IMG/VR virus record: IMGVR_UViG_3300010373_000001
Coordinates: 51,611 to 115,610 of that record
DNA: 64,000 nucleotides
From: a virus
Reading direction: 5' to 3' (one strand)
The first letter of the stretch is position 1. Every line of letters begins with the position of its first letter. Positions 34,805 through 44,645 of the stretch are shown here, in pieces. The notes under the pieces are model-generated. The model saw only the letters and a list, made by a program, of their open reading frames with translations, had not been told where the DNA came from and did not search any database. The position numbers and the translations under genes were made by a program.

Positions 34805-34957
34805 TTATTCTGTGCCTGATCCCTTGCATCTAGGGCACGTTTTCCTCGCATTGTCCGGATCTTTACCATCACCTACACAATACAGGCAAGCCATTGCAAG
34901 TTCATCCGGGAGACACATATCCATATCCGCTGATTTTGCGCCTCTTAGTAATCTCAC
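34805..34957 (-). CDS. Microprotein with DnaJ-type CxxCxGxG zinc finger
   Basis: CLYCVGDG...CPRCKGSG in a 50-codon ORF between the two tRNA-Gln genes. Confidence 0.55.
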   Translation of the reverse strand: MRLLRGAKSADMDMCLPDELAMACLYCVGDGKDPDNARKTCPRCKGSGTE

Positions 34958-34958
34958 G

Positions 34959-35029
34959 CTGCTGGACAAGGATTCGAACCTCAATTAACGGGGCCAGAAC
35001 CCGTCGTATTGCCGTTATACGATCCAGCA
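34959..35029 (-). tRNA. tRNA-Gln(CTG)
   Basis: U1-A72; loop TT-CTG-GC. Confidence 0.9.
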
Positions 35030-35310
35030 TTATCCCCCGTTTCCGGGGGTGTTTAACTATGGTAGCACAGGTTCGCCTAGTTTTTCCAGTAGTTCTATCT
35101 GTGCTTCTTCACTAAGTCTGCGGAATGAAGCCCTGTTCCTTGGATCAGTAAGCTCATTCCTTGCTTCTGCCTCAAAATGCTTCATCTGGCGAAGTCTCCT
35201 GGCAATACCTTTTACATGACCTGATCCTTTGTAACCAGGATAAGAGCAATTAGGAGCCATGCCCTGAATACTGCCGTCAGTCCATCTAGATTTATCCGGA
35301 TTGCCCTCAC

Positions 35311-35661
35311 TCATACGACAACAACTTCATCGTATTCGTTGTTCTTTGGCATTTGGCCTGACACATAAGAAGGCAGATCATCAAAGTGCATTGCTGAGCT
35401 TATAGCATCAAGAAATGCCTCGTTCACGTTGTAATTAAAACCAGCAGCGGCCAGAGCACTGCCAATATTGCTGATGTATCCTCTTGGGGAGTTAGAGGGA
35501 GATCCGCCAATCTTCCCTGTCACTGCTGCTAATGCCTCAGCTTCACGCTGAGTCAGGGTCAGAACTACTCCCGCCTCCCTTGTTTTGTGGGACTTTCGTA
35601 GTTCCAGAGTCGCTCTTGTTGCCTTTGCCATTTTCTTCCTCCATATACTCAATTTCAGCAA
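35311..35661 (-). CDS. Hypothetical protein
   Basis: VVLTLTQREAEAL..V.G.IGG pattern; packed ORF. Confidence 0.5.
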   Translation of the reverse strand: MLKLSIWRKKMAKATRATLELRKSHKTREAGVVLTLTQREAEALAAVTGKIGGSPSNSPRGYISNIGSALAAAGFNYNVNEAFLDAISSAMHFDDLPSYVSGQMPKNNEYDEVVVV

Positions 35662-35849
35662 TTGAATGTCCTAGATCCTGAAACACCTGTACTGTTTCCA
35701 GTACCTTCTCGCCGGGAACAATTATGTGAACGTCAGCATCTCCCCATCCTGCCAGAAGCCACATACTGTTTTCCGGGTCAGAAGGATCATCCCATTCGGG
35801 AGGATAGTCTAGTGTGATGTGAATTTTGCACAACATGATCCCTCCTGAG

Positions 35850-36197
35850 TTACGCGATTAGTTTCCAGTCCCCATTTTCGAATGTATGAACAAGAAGATT
35901 CTCTGACCTCATGGATTCCTCTACCATCTGCTCAGGAGTTTTACCTCCCCAGGCAGCCTGTAACCTGATCCATGTTTGCATCTGAGATGTTTCTGCCATC
36001 CGTCTCCATGCCGTTTTTGAGTTCTGATCCTGTGATCTTTGCTCCCGGCATTCTCCACGGGCACCAGAAGGATGATGAATCCAGCGGACACCAGTTTCCC
36101 TCTTATTCTGGTTTTGCCCGCCTTTTCCTCCTGACCGGAAAGTTTGCCTTTCGCAATCCTCCGGCTTGATAGAGAAGAGTAATTCTTTCTTAGCCAT
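35850..36197 (-). CDS. GGQ-domain peptide release factor-like / peptidyl-tRNA hydrolase
   Basis: RSGGKGGQNQNK..TGVR..H.PSG....C.EQRSQ.QN RF-1 domain 3 signature. Confidence 0.88.
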   Translation of the reverse strand: MAKKELLFSIKPEDCERQTFRSGGKGGQNQNKRETGVRWIHHPSGARGECREQRSQDQNSKTAWRRMAETSQMQTWIRLQAAWGGKTPEQMVEESMRSENLLVHTFENGDWKLIA

Positions 36198-36198
36198 G

Positions 36199-36272
36199 AG
36201 CCGGATGTAGGAATCGAACCTACGACACCCGCGTTACAAAGGCGGTGCTCTATGCCACTGAGCTAAACCGGC
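36199..36272 (-). tRNA. tRNA-Thr(TGT)
   Basis: Cloverleaf; loop TT-TGT-AA. Confidence 0.88.
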
Positions 36273-36275
36273 GTA

Positions 36276-36464
36276 TCAGGAAGTTACCTTCCTGGTGGAA
36301 GTACTGTAGAAGCCGCTTCCTTTAAATACTACTGCGGGTACAGAGAATTTCTTTACCATAACCGTGCCGCAGGAACATTCCTGTTCCTGATCAGCTTCCG
36401 AAATAGGAAGAGTGATAACTCTTGTATCTCCGCAGAATGGGCACCTGTAATCGTATGCGGGCAT
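36276..36464 (-). CDS. FmdB-family zinc ribbon protein
   Basis: MPAYDYRCPFCG...CSCG...FKGSGFYST. Confidence 0.88.
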   Translation of the reverse strand: MPAYDYRCPFCGDTRVITLPISEADQEQECSCGTVMVKKFSVPAVVFKGSGFYSTSTRKVTS

Positions 36465-36773
36465 TACGTCCTGCGAGTAGCTAGATATGCGGTGCCGATA
36501 ATAACAAGCACAACTACGATAAGAATGTGCAGTACGGACCCGAAAAGCAAGTTAAACATAGCTGCCTCCCGCTAGTGGATAAAGTAATGACCGATTGGAT
36601 ATGCTCCATAGACACCAATACCGATGCCGATTATCATGATAACGATGCCCGGCACCGATTTTTCTGCCTTTTTCGGCACACTAGCTGCCAGCAGGATTCC
36701 CCCTACAAAGCAAAGCCAGCGTACTAAGTTCATAGCTTGAAACATAGTACCTCCCAGATTATATTTCTTAAAG

Positions 36774-36844
36774 CTCCCCCACCAGGACTCGAACCTAGAT
36801 CAATTGGTTAACAGCCAGCCGTTCTGCCATTGAACTATAGGGGA
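36774..36844 (-). tRNA. tRNA-Asn(GTT)
   Basis: Cloverleaf; loop CT-GTT-AA; G73. Confidence 0.9.
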
Positions 36845-36847
36845 TTG

Positions 36848-36901
36848 TGGAGCCGGGAAAGTTTACCTAGGAACTTAATAGGGGCGCTACCCCAACCCGG
36901 C
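36848..36901 (-). ncRNA. 54-nt CCA-tailed mini tRNA-like RNA without anticodon arm
   Basis: GCCGGG...CCCGGC-TCCA with two small hairpins; 5' end at the predicted transcription start. Confidence 0.55.
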
Positions 36902-36908
36902 GACTCCT

Positions 36909-36937
36909 AGCATAGCATAGGGCAGGGGCCTTGTCAA
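36909..36937 (-). promoter_or_regulatory. SigA/HrdB-type promoter overlapped by a hairpin
   Basis: TTGACA-N17-TATGCT; -35 lies in the loop of ATAGGGCAGGGG/CCCCTGCCCTAT. Confidence 0.75.
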
Positions 36938-36970
36938 CCCCTGCCCTATTAAAACTTTTATTCAGCTATC

Positions 36971-37333
36971 TTATGCTGCCGGAGCGGGTGCGGGTGCTAG
37001 TGCGTCTACTGATGCCTGTGCTGCCTGAAGATCAGCCATTGGCTGACTTAGACCTGCAACTGCTGCATTCAGTGCGGTAGTGTCTACACCATTTGCCTGT
37101 AGCGCAGCAAGTTCTGCTGCAATATTTGCTACTGCTGTCTGTAGGTCTGCTGCTACTGCCGCTACACCTGACTCTTCGCTCTGAAGCGCCGCGATTGCTG
37201 CGTTTACGTCATCCTGTGCTGACATAATATCATCCAGCTTTCTGTGAGCAATCTTAAGAGACTCCCGTATCTCCCACAGCTCTCTGATTATGTAATCTAC
37301 TGGGGATTCTTCGTGGCAATTGTCTCTATCCAT
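36971..37333 (-). CDS. Ala-rich coiled-coil protein
   Basis: 120 aa heptad-like sequence. Confidence 0.55.
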   Translation of the reverse strand: MDRDNCHEESPVDYIIRELWEIRESLKIAHRKLDDIMSAQDDVNAAIAALQSEESGVAAVAADLQTAVANIAAELAALQANGVDTTALNAAVAGLSQPMADLQAAQASVDALAPAPAPAA

Positions 37334-37381
37334 GGCTCTATACTATCATTTTTCTTGGCGGTTTGTGTAATATTTTGGCTG

Positions 37382-38149
37382 TTACTGGCCTGTCATATCG
37401 TTAAAATCCTGAATAAGTGCGTCCAGGCTGAATCCGTCAACGTCAGTTCCGCTGGCAGTGATCCACTCTTTATCGATGACAACCCAAGCCTCTTCAACGT
37501 AATGCTGAGAGAACTGAATGTTCATTGGGTGCAGTTCGCCCCAGGTTACAATGTCAAGAATATCTGGTGTGCCTGTCTGATTCATCTTCTGAAGTACGAT
37601 GCAGTGACCGCCCTCAATAGGTGATCCTGCTTCATATCTCCACGGCAGTCCGTTATTGAACTGATCCATAGCTGATGATGGGAAATTGATACCAAGATAC
37701 ACTGTGCCAAAGAGATACAGTGCCTTGCGAAGATTTGCTGTGTGGTAGAAATCCTCAAGCTCGGCGTAGGCATCGATCTTATGACCGGCTACCCCATTCT
37801 TCTGCCAGTAGTCAAGCACGTCCTGCATAACAGCACCATTGTCTGTTGAAGGATCGCCCGGTACATAGCCTCCTGTAGCCTCATACAGCTTCAGGATAGT
37901 ATTATCGGTAAGATCTACCTCTGTGCCGCCATATGCTGATAGAGCCTGCTCAGCATGCCCTACTCCTGCGGCAGTGCAATCGCCTAGCTGATCGTTAAGA
38001 TACATAGGCCATGAGCTTACTTTTGAAGCTCTGTCTACTACAGGCGGTACTACGATCTTAGATAGATCGAAGTGATCCTCAAGTGATACTCTTGGGTGTG
38101 TGCTTTTAGGATGCGGAGCAAGACGCCCCAGCTTTCCTGCTTGTCTCAT
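37382..38149 (-). CDS. Papain-like (C1-type) cysteine peptidase
   Basis: NDQLGDCTAAG, GGHC and TWG motifs. Confidence 0.7.
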   Translation of the reverse strand: MRQAGKLGRLAPHPKSTHPRVSLEDHFDLSKIVVPPVVDRASKVSSWPMYLNDQLGDCTAAGVGHAEQALSAYGGTEVDLTDNTILKLYEATGGYVPGDPSTDNGAVMQDVLDYWQKNGVAGHKIDAYAELEDFYHTANLRKALYLFGTVYLGINFPSSAMDQFNNGLPWRYEAGSPIEGGHCIVLQKMNQTGTPDILDIVTWGELHPMNIQFSQHYVEEAWVVIDKEWITASGTDVDGFSLDALIQDFNDMTGQ

Positions 38150-38190
38150 GTTTTCTCCTGATTAGCTTGGTTACGCTAATCAGTATATCA

Positions 38191-38694
38191 TCACGAAATC
38201 AGACCTCGCACGTATTTCTCGGCCTCAAAATCTGCTGCTGCCGCAACATGGATTCCGCCATGACCTCTGTGATGAAACTCGCAAAGCCACTCAAAGTTAT
38301 CTCCTGATTCTACCCATGCCCCGACACTGTTAGGATCAGAGATACCAGGATAATCGACCTCAAGCCATTTCAGGTCAACACCGTTCTGAAGAGAGAACTC
38401 TACGTGTGCGTGGTGCAATTCCAGTGGCTTGTCTAGTGAGCACTCAGAGAAGTCGTTTCTGTGTGCGCCGATTTTGCACTGTGCTGTCTTGTGAGTCTTT
38501 TTCCTGTATGCCTCAAAATCAACGTAATGAGGATCGCTGGTCCTGGCGGGATGCTCAGGGTAGTGCATGATGTACTTGTGCGATGAAAGCTGAATATGCG
38601 CTGATACAGCGGTGTCGTCAGACATAAAAAACCTCTGGTATAGATGTGATATTTTCCTCACATCATGATACCAGAGGTTCCTTAATACCAGCAT
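38191..38694 (-). CDS. HNH-like protein
   Basis: C...C...LELHH...N..WLCEFHH pattern; true start probably MSDD. Confidence 0.5.
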   Translation of the reverse strand: MLVLRNLWYHDVRKISHLYQRFFMSDDTAVSAHIQLSSHKYIMHYPEHPARTSDPHYVDFEAYRKKTHKTAQCKIGAHRNDFSECSLDKPLELHHAHVEFSLQNGVDLKWLEVDYPGISDPNSVGAWVESGDNFEWLCEFHHRGHGGIHVAAAADFEAEKYVRGLIS

Positions 38695-39134
38695 TTACCC
38701 GTACTTGAGTTAACGGGATGATTTGGTGTATTAACACAGTAAATGGCCCATATTCCGCAGGGTGTGCCCCATCTTCCATGAATATAAGCTGCCCCCCATC
38801 TTATCTGGGCTTTCCAGTCTCCTAGATTGTAAGGATGACCGTGGCCCAAGGATTGCGGGATTCCGTAAGCCCCAGAAGAGTTCTGAGCGTAAGGACTCCA
38901 TCCCGACTCAGCATTCCACAGAGCTACAAGACATCTTTGCTGTGCGGGATTATTATGGAATACGTGCTGAGCGTAACACTGCTCTACGGCAATGCGGGAA
39001 TGGCTATGACAGTTTGCGGCGCTTATACTGCCTAATACGGGATCAGTGCCTTTATGAGAGAAGTACAGGAATACTGCTACCAGAATCAGCAGCGCCATAC
39101 CGCCTGAACTCTTCTTTGGCTTCTTTTTCGCCAT
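38682..39134 (-). CDS. Membrane-anchored lytic transglycosylase (SLT-like)
   Basis: TM anchor; LWNAESGW, SSGAYGIPQ, QIRWG..YI..RWGTPC. Confidence 0.85.
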   Translation of the reverse strand: MAKKKPKKSSGGMALLILVAVFLYFSHKGTDPVLGSISAANCHSHSRIAVEQCYAQHVFHNNPAQQRCLVALWNAESGWSPYAQNSSGAYGIPQSLGHGHPYNLGDWKAQIRWGAAYIHGRWGTPCGIWAIYCVNTPNHPVNSSTGKCWY

Positions 39135-39323
39135 GGCACCCTCCCATCGTCAGTTAATCCACTAACATCGCCTTGAATATCAATTCAGTATTATTCGTTA
39201 TCTCTTCCAGATAGCCGAGGATAACGGCTTTAAGATCGTCATCGAACTCGTCACCGTTATCCTCGACTTCCTGGTACAGTTCATCAGCAAGATTGCTGAT
39301 TTCCCTGAGGCTTGCTGTGTCCA

Positions 39324-39758
39324 CTAAAAATCTCCGTCATCTACCTGCAATGTCCTTATGCCGATCTTCCTCCACATTGCGACAACCTGAGAGCGGTCGT
39401 CTATGCAGACGAGGATATCATAGTGTTCAGCGATGTGCTCACGGAAAATCTCGTACTTGATTATGAAATCTTTACGGTGATCTCCCGTTTTACGCATGAG
39501 TAGCAGATAAGAACCGGGCTCAAACCCGAATCTTGCCAGCCACTCAATTGTGGCTTCACGACAGGAATCTTCCCTGCCAGACACGAAGATGATGCTGTTA
39601 CCAGCATCCTTAAGTGCTGCAACTACTTCGATTATTTCCGGGATGGGAAGGTCATCAGAGACTTTAGAGTACTCATAGTGACCTCGCATCTGCTCGCCCA
39701 CCTCGTTATAGTGGGAAGCCATCGTACCGTCAAGATCAACGATGATAGCTCTCGGCAT
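39324..39758 (-). CDS. HAD phosphatase, T4 PseT/PNK 3'-phosphatase-like
   Basis: DLDGT, SGRE, MR..GD.RKD..IK, IDDR..V..MWR motifs; no kinase domain. Confidence 0.88.
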   Translation of the reverse strand: MPRAIIVDLDGTMASHYNEVGEQMRGHYEYSKVSDDLPIPEIIEVVAALKDAGNSIIFVSGREDSCREATIEWLARFGFEPGSYLLLMRKTGDHRKDFIIKYEIFREHIAEHYDILVCIDDRSQVVAMWRKIGIRTLQVDDGDF

Positions 39759-39800
39759 GTTAACGGGCGGGATATATCTCTTTAACTCTACTTCCTCGAT

Positions 39801-40655
39801 CTAAACCACCCACTCCATCGTCTTTGTGTTCAGAACAAACCAGTTGCCCGGTGTGCCATCCATATCCAGGCCGTCTACTCTTACTTTGGCCCAGTTCGTG
39901 CTGAGAACCCTTGTGTACTGTCTGTGCATGTGTCCATGCATAAGGTACTCTGGCTGAACTTCGTTAACTATGCCCTGAAGCAAGTTTCTGTGTGCGTCAG
40001 CTTCTTGTGTTTCCTTATGCGGGAACATGCCTACAGGAAGATCAAGAAATACCATAGACGGGCAGTCATGCGTGATCATAACATCACACTTTCCGCCAGC
40101 CTTGATAAACTCTGCCTGCTCTGGTGTGATAGTCTCCTGAGTCCACCAGGACTTGTTCAGTACCCGCCATTGCTTATCAACTGATACTGCACCACCACAG
40201 GCAAGCCACTTCCTGTTATGCCACTCCCACCTTTTGCCTCGCGGCAGATGGAATAGGTTCTCCCTTATCTGTACAGAGCCGTCCCAGATGTTACTTCCTA
40301 GATCCGGTACTGTGTATCTGCGTGCTCTGTTCTCAAGATGCCTGAAATTCTCATGATTACCATCAATGAAGAACAGTACTGCATCGTGCTTCATTAGTGC
40401 CGCACTGATTTTCCTGCGGTACTTCTCGCCGCCTTTTCCTGGCCAGATACCAAAATCCCCAAGATGAAGGATCAGGGGATATGGTTCGTCCTTGAGAACT
40501 TCAGAAGCTTTCCTGATAGTCTCGTACGCCCAGAGGTTGTTTCCGTGCCAGTCTCCAGCGACTACGATTTTTTCCGGGATCGGCTTGTCCCGAAGAACTT
40601 GCGGCAGCAAGAAGCTCGTCGCCTCTGCTGTCATTGCCGTCATCATTTTCAACAC
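39801..40655 (-). CDS. Calcineurin-like metallophosphoesterase
   Basis: GDWHG, GDFG, GNHE, THD and HGHMH motifs. Confidence 0.9.
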   Translation of the reverse strand: MLKMMTAMTAEATSFLLPQVLRDKPIPEKIVVAGDWHGNNLWAYETIRKASEVLKDEPYPLILHLGDFGIWPGKGGEKYRRKISAALMKHDAVLFFIDGNHENFRHLENRARRYTVPDLGSNIWDGSVQIRENLFHLPRGKRWEWHNRKWLACGGAVSVDKQWRVLNKSWWTQETITPEQAEFIKAGGKCDVMITHDCPSMVFLDLPVGMFPHKETQEADAHRNLLQGIVNEVQPEYLMHGHMHRQYTRVLSTNWAKVRVDGLDMDGTPGNWFVLNTKTMEWVV

Positions 40656-40864
40656 CCACTACTTTCAGTGGCGGAACAGGAAGCATTGGCACCATTGCTG
40701 GTGCTTCATCTTCTATTTTTATCCACCGTACTCTTCGCAGACTGTCCTCATGGTACTCTTCACTGTGCCTGAAATCCAGGTCACAGAGAAGGACAGCACT
40801 GCCCGGACTAAAGTGATCGTACAAGATTTCCTTGCATCTGGACATTGCTGCCCTCCTCTTCTGA

Positions 40865-41161
40865 TTAAAGCCTGCCCTCAGCCTTCAGCATTGCAAGACC
40901 AGCAGCCGCAGTCGTGTTAATTGAACCTCGGCGCAGTGCTTCTGAGCCATCCAGGCCATCCTGAACAGAACTAGCAAGAGCATCGAAGTTCTCAGCAACG
41001 TACATGAGAATTTCGTGAATCTCCTGCATACTTGCCCACGGCATTTTAGCCTGGGCAATACGGATACCCTCTTCCGAATGCCTCTTCATCTCAGGGTCAG
41101 CATTGAAAAGCTCAACCGCAAGATCCAGGGCCATTTCCTTAAGATCACTGAAATCGTTCAT
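40865..41161 (-). CDS. Hypothetical protein
   Basis: 98 aa, coupled to the upstream ORF. Confidence 0.5.
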   Translation of the reverse strand: MNDFSDLKEMALDLAVELFNADPEMKRHSEEGIRIAQAKMPWASMQEIHEILMYVAENFDALASSVQDGLDGSEALRRGSINTTAAAGLAMLKAEGRL

Positions 41162-41804
41162 TATTTCTTCTTACCTCGTTTCTTGACCGGGAACCCTCCA
41201 GGCCCCAGTTCGCCTCGTCTGATTTTATCCTTGACTTCTGAACTAGTTGGTCTGTGTCTGTCTCTTGCAAGGTTACGTTCGTCTCGCATGCGTTCCAGCC
41301 TGTGCAGAAACCATATGAAGCCGAAGAACACGATAGCGCCCAGAATCAGCAGCCAGAAAGCATCACCGGCCAGCGTATTGAATACTGATGAAGCGCTAGC
41401 CGTGCTTTGCATGGTGAATCGTAGTTTTCACGCCGTTGTGAACGTGGTGGATCAGATCACCGATAGCAGCGAATACGTGGTTGTACCCAACGAAAGCTGC
41501 CAGAACGATGATGAAGATAAGAATGATCCCGATCCACTTTCCTATCGTACCCAGTCCTGAGAACATCAGTTACCCTCCTCGCCGGAGCCAGAAACCTTCC
41601 TTGCCTTACGTCGCTTACTTGCCACAGCTTCGATGCTGAAGCCCACGATACAGGCCACGATGAACATCGTCACCAGTGATGGATGAATCAGAAATCCCAC
41701 TGTTACCTCCTCTTGCCGAATCACAGTTACTTAGGTCTACGGTAGTTGCGTAATTTCCGTAATTATCAACTTCCATCGTTGCAACTTCCTCCAGTGTACC
41801 GAAC

Positions 41805-41833
41805 ACACTACACGACGGGCGGGCCGTTGTCAA
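41805..41833 (-). promoter_or_regulatory. Leftward promoter of divergent pair
   Basis: TTGACA-N17-TAGTGT. Confidence 0.75.
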
Positions 41834-41869
41834 GGGGTACGGCCAGGAAAGTTTTCCGGCCCCTAGGGG

Positions 41870-41898
41870 TTGACAGCCCGAGCGGGCTGTGCTACCAT
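41870..41898 (+). promoter_or_regulatory. Rightward promoter of divergent pair
   Basis: TTGACA-N17-TACCAT; spacer dyad ACAGCCCG-AG-CGGGCTGT. Confidence 0.8.
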
Positions 41899-41954
41899 GA
41901 GGGTATGCCCGGTCACCGCTTCACGGTGCGGGCCACGTACAGGAGGTTAGAGAG

Positions 41955-42353
41955 TTGCACGAAGAGATTAAAGCACGGTGGGTTGCAGCGTTACGTGAGC
42001 CTGATCGTGTACAGGGAACAGGTCAGCTTAGAGATGAAGAGGGCAGACAGTGCTGTCTGGACGTACTGTGTGACCTAGCGGTTGCAGACGGTATTATCTC
42101 AGCCCCTAGTCTACTGCCTCCCTCAGTTACAGGGCTGGATCAGCCCGTATATGGTTATGCAGACAAGTACACGGTAAATTACTATCAGTGCGAGGTTCTT
42201 CCTAAAGAAGTTATGGAATGGGCCAAACTGAAGGATCAGAACCCGGCAGTTGACTACAGTGATAGTTTTTCCGATCTATCGGAACTCAATGACGAATATC
42301 ATCTGAGTTTTACTGAAATTGCTGACACCATCGAAGCTGACAGAGATATTTGA
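41955..42353 (+). CDS. Hypothetical protein
   Basis: WVAALR....QG.G.L......CCL.V.....ND....F.EIAD pattern; RBS AGGAGG. Confidence 0.65.
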   Translation: MHEEIKARWVAALREPDRVQGTGQLRDEEGRQCCLDVLCDLAVADGIISAPSLLPPSVTGLDQPVYGYADKYTVNYYQCEVLPKEVMEWAKLKDQNPAVDYSDSFSDLSELNDEYHLSFTEIADTIEADRDI

Positions 42354-42857
42354 TCTTCACTTCGCTCAGTTACCTTTGATATACTGACGGAAAGCACATA
42401 TCAGGGGGAGGGTCGATAAAATTGAGTATGTTTGAGTTTAGTACCCGTGATCTGGAACACGGAGTCTGCAAATTCTGCGAGAAGGATATTAGCAGGATGT
42501 CTCCCGTAAGAAAGTGGGAGACAGATTCCGGTCAGAACTGTGACAGTTCCCCTGATCGTGCTCATCATCCGAAGAGCAAAGGGGATAATTGATGCCTAAC
42601 GGTTTAACTCCCGAAGAAGTCTGCAAGCTGGAAGGTCATAACGCAAGACCTGGATCTAGTACTTGCAGCAGGTGCGGGAATAGAGTATAGTCCGTAAGTC
42701 TTTCTAGTCTCGGGAGGCAAGCATGGCTATCGTAATACATTTTACGTCTGGTCAGGCCGAAATCACTGAAGATGAAACAGAGAACGAAGATAGGGAAGAG
42801 CAGGACTGCATCTGACGGGAAAGGCCGGTACGGTGAAAAGTTTTTAAGCCGTAGGTC

Positions 42858-42886
42858 TTGACAACCGGCCCCGTCCGGTGTATGGT
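42858..42886 (+). promoter_or_regulatory. SigA/HrdB-type promoter
   Basis: TTGACA-N17-TATGGT. Confidence 0.8.
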
Positions 42887-42942
42887 GTACGTCATCGCCC
42901 CAACCGGGGCAAGCTAGCTAGCGAAAAAGGAGGACACTTATT

Positions 42943-43191
42943 ATGTCCAAGATTGTTAAGGCCACTCAGGAGCACATCGATAAGGGTGTTCCGGGTAGTC
43001 CCTGCGGTTGCGCTCTTGCGCTCGCAATTAAGGATGCCTATGGCACTTCCGATGTTTCGGTGAACGGTTCTATCATCTCTGTTGATGGCAGGACCGCTGC
43101 TACTCAGCCGCCGCAGAAGTCGTTCATCAATGTCTTCGACACCAAGCCGAAGAGTGAGTCTAAGCCGACTGCGTTTGTGCTGGACCTCTGA
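42943..43191 (+). CDS. Hypothetical protein
   Basis: 82 aa; RBS AGGAGG. Confidence 0.65.
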   Translation: MSKIVKATQEHIDKGVPGSPCGCALALAIKDAYGTSDVSVNGSIISVDGRTAATQPPQKSFINVFDTKPKSESKPTAFVLDL

Positions 43192-43541
43192 TGGCTGGAA
43201 CTAAGCCGAAGAAGGGTGACAAGATCAAGGTTACCCGAAATGGCCTGGAAGTCGTTGACGTTACTGATAACCGGGTATGGGTGAAGGATTCGGAAGGTAC
43301 TACACGTTCCTACTACTTCAGCGACATCGACTTTACGGTCACTGAGGTAGCTAAGCCCAAGCCTGATTACTGGCCGCCAAAGGCGAACGATATCTGGAAG
43401 TCTGAGTCTTATAACGTGACTTATCACGTTCTCGGCTCAAAGGGTTACCGTACTACCTACTCAGGTAGTGTTTCCTCCGGCATTTCGGCAGAGGAAATGC
43501 TTAAGTACCCGGATCTTCGCCTGATCTGGCGCGATCTGTAA
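43191..43541 (+). CDS. WPP-GD family protein
   Basis: KGDKIKVT...YWPPKANDIW...LRLIWR. Confidence 0.7.
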   Translation: MAGTKPKKGDKIKVTRNGLEVVDVTDNRVWVKDSEGTTRSYYFSDIDFTVTEVAKPKPDYWPPKANDIWKSESYNVTYHVLGSKGYRTTYSGSVSSGISAEEMLKYPDLRLIWRDL

Positions 43542-43570
43542 ATCCGGATAAGTTAAGACATAACGAGAAA

Positions 43571-43609
43571 TGAAGGGAGGCCACTGTACTTGGAGTGGCC
43601 TCCCTTCAC
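43571..43609 (+). terminator. Hairpin terminator
   Basis: tgaagggaggccact...agtggcctcccttca. Confidence 0.6.
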
Positions 43610-43814
43610 GCGATTGAGGACACATAAACTATGGAGCAAATTTTCAGGGTAACAACGTCAGTTGCTCGCAACAAAGGTACTGTCAGGTATGGCACCGCAT
43701 TCAGGGCACATCGAATCTGGATGGCTAACAGGAATCAGCCTGACAACACTGTAACAGTTGAAGTTATGACTGGCGAGTTCCGTGATGTTACAGCAGAATG
43801 GGAGGCAGGTAACT

Positions 43815-44645
43815 ATGCAAGCACTCAGGAACCTGTGGAAGCGGTTACGGAAGTTGTCGTTCAGGAGGAATCTTCTGGCAGTGGCAATACTAGCGATACT
43901 GTCAGTACTTCTGCCGTCAGCGGCCTGGGCTGGCCAGAATAGTATAGGCGTAGGAGTACAGGCAGCACCAGTAGCAATTAGTACTCCCGTAACTCCTGGC
44001 AGTACACATAAGCTAAGTGTTCAGGTTTACAACACAGGAAGTGATAGTGAGAGCATCAGCCTTACTATCAGTAATCTGTCAAATCTGAAAACTTACACAT
44101 TGCGGCCGTCCTGGGTTTCGTTTGACCAGAACACTGTGAACCTTGATTCGGGCCAGACCGCTACGGTAGGAATCACACTGTCTGTGCCGTCAGGACTCCC
44201 TGATGGATACTATACAAGTGATGTCTGGGCTAGGTCGGTTGATCCTTCTAATGCGCAAGTTTCACTAGGCGCGGGATCTTCTACCTTGATAGAATTCAAG
44301 GTAGGTGCGGGCACTGTCAACTTCAGTCAGTTCCTTCATCACAACCATCAGCATCTAACTAAGAAGCAACTGCGTAAAATCAGGCGGGAAAACCGTAAGC
44401 TGAGTCACGCTAACGCCCCTGCTAATAACAGCGGTAACGGATTCCCTGCTGGTTCCGGTGTTATTGCTGTGATTGTTCTTGGCGCTCTGGTCTATCTTAT
44501 GCTAAGGCATTCGATGAAGCATCGCCGCAAGCACAGCCCGAGAATCAGCAAAGCTGCACATCAGAAGGTTAAAGATCATAAGGCGAAAGACGATGCCGCA
44601 CGGGCGAAGAAGGAAAGAAACAGAAAGATGCGTGAAGGTAAGTAG
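43815..44645 (+). CDS. Surface protein: signal peptide, Ig-like domain, C-terminal TM and basic tail
   Basis: V.NTG..., V.L..GQTATV..T..VP....G.Y Ig-like pattern. Confidence 0.6.
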   Translation: MQALRNLWKRLRKLSFRRNLLAVAILAILSVLLPSAAWAGQNSIGVGVQAAPVAISTPVTPGSTHKLSVQVYNTGSDSESISLTISNLSNLKTYTLRPSWVSFDQNTVNLDSGQTATVGITLSVPSGLPDGYYTSDVWARSVDPSNAQVSLGAGSSTLIEFKVGAGTVNFSQFLHHNHQHLTKKQLRKIRRENRKLSHANAPANNSGNGFPAGSGVIAVIVLGALVYLMLRHSMKHRRKHSPRISKAAHQKVKDHKAKDDAARAKKERNRKMREGK

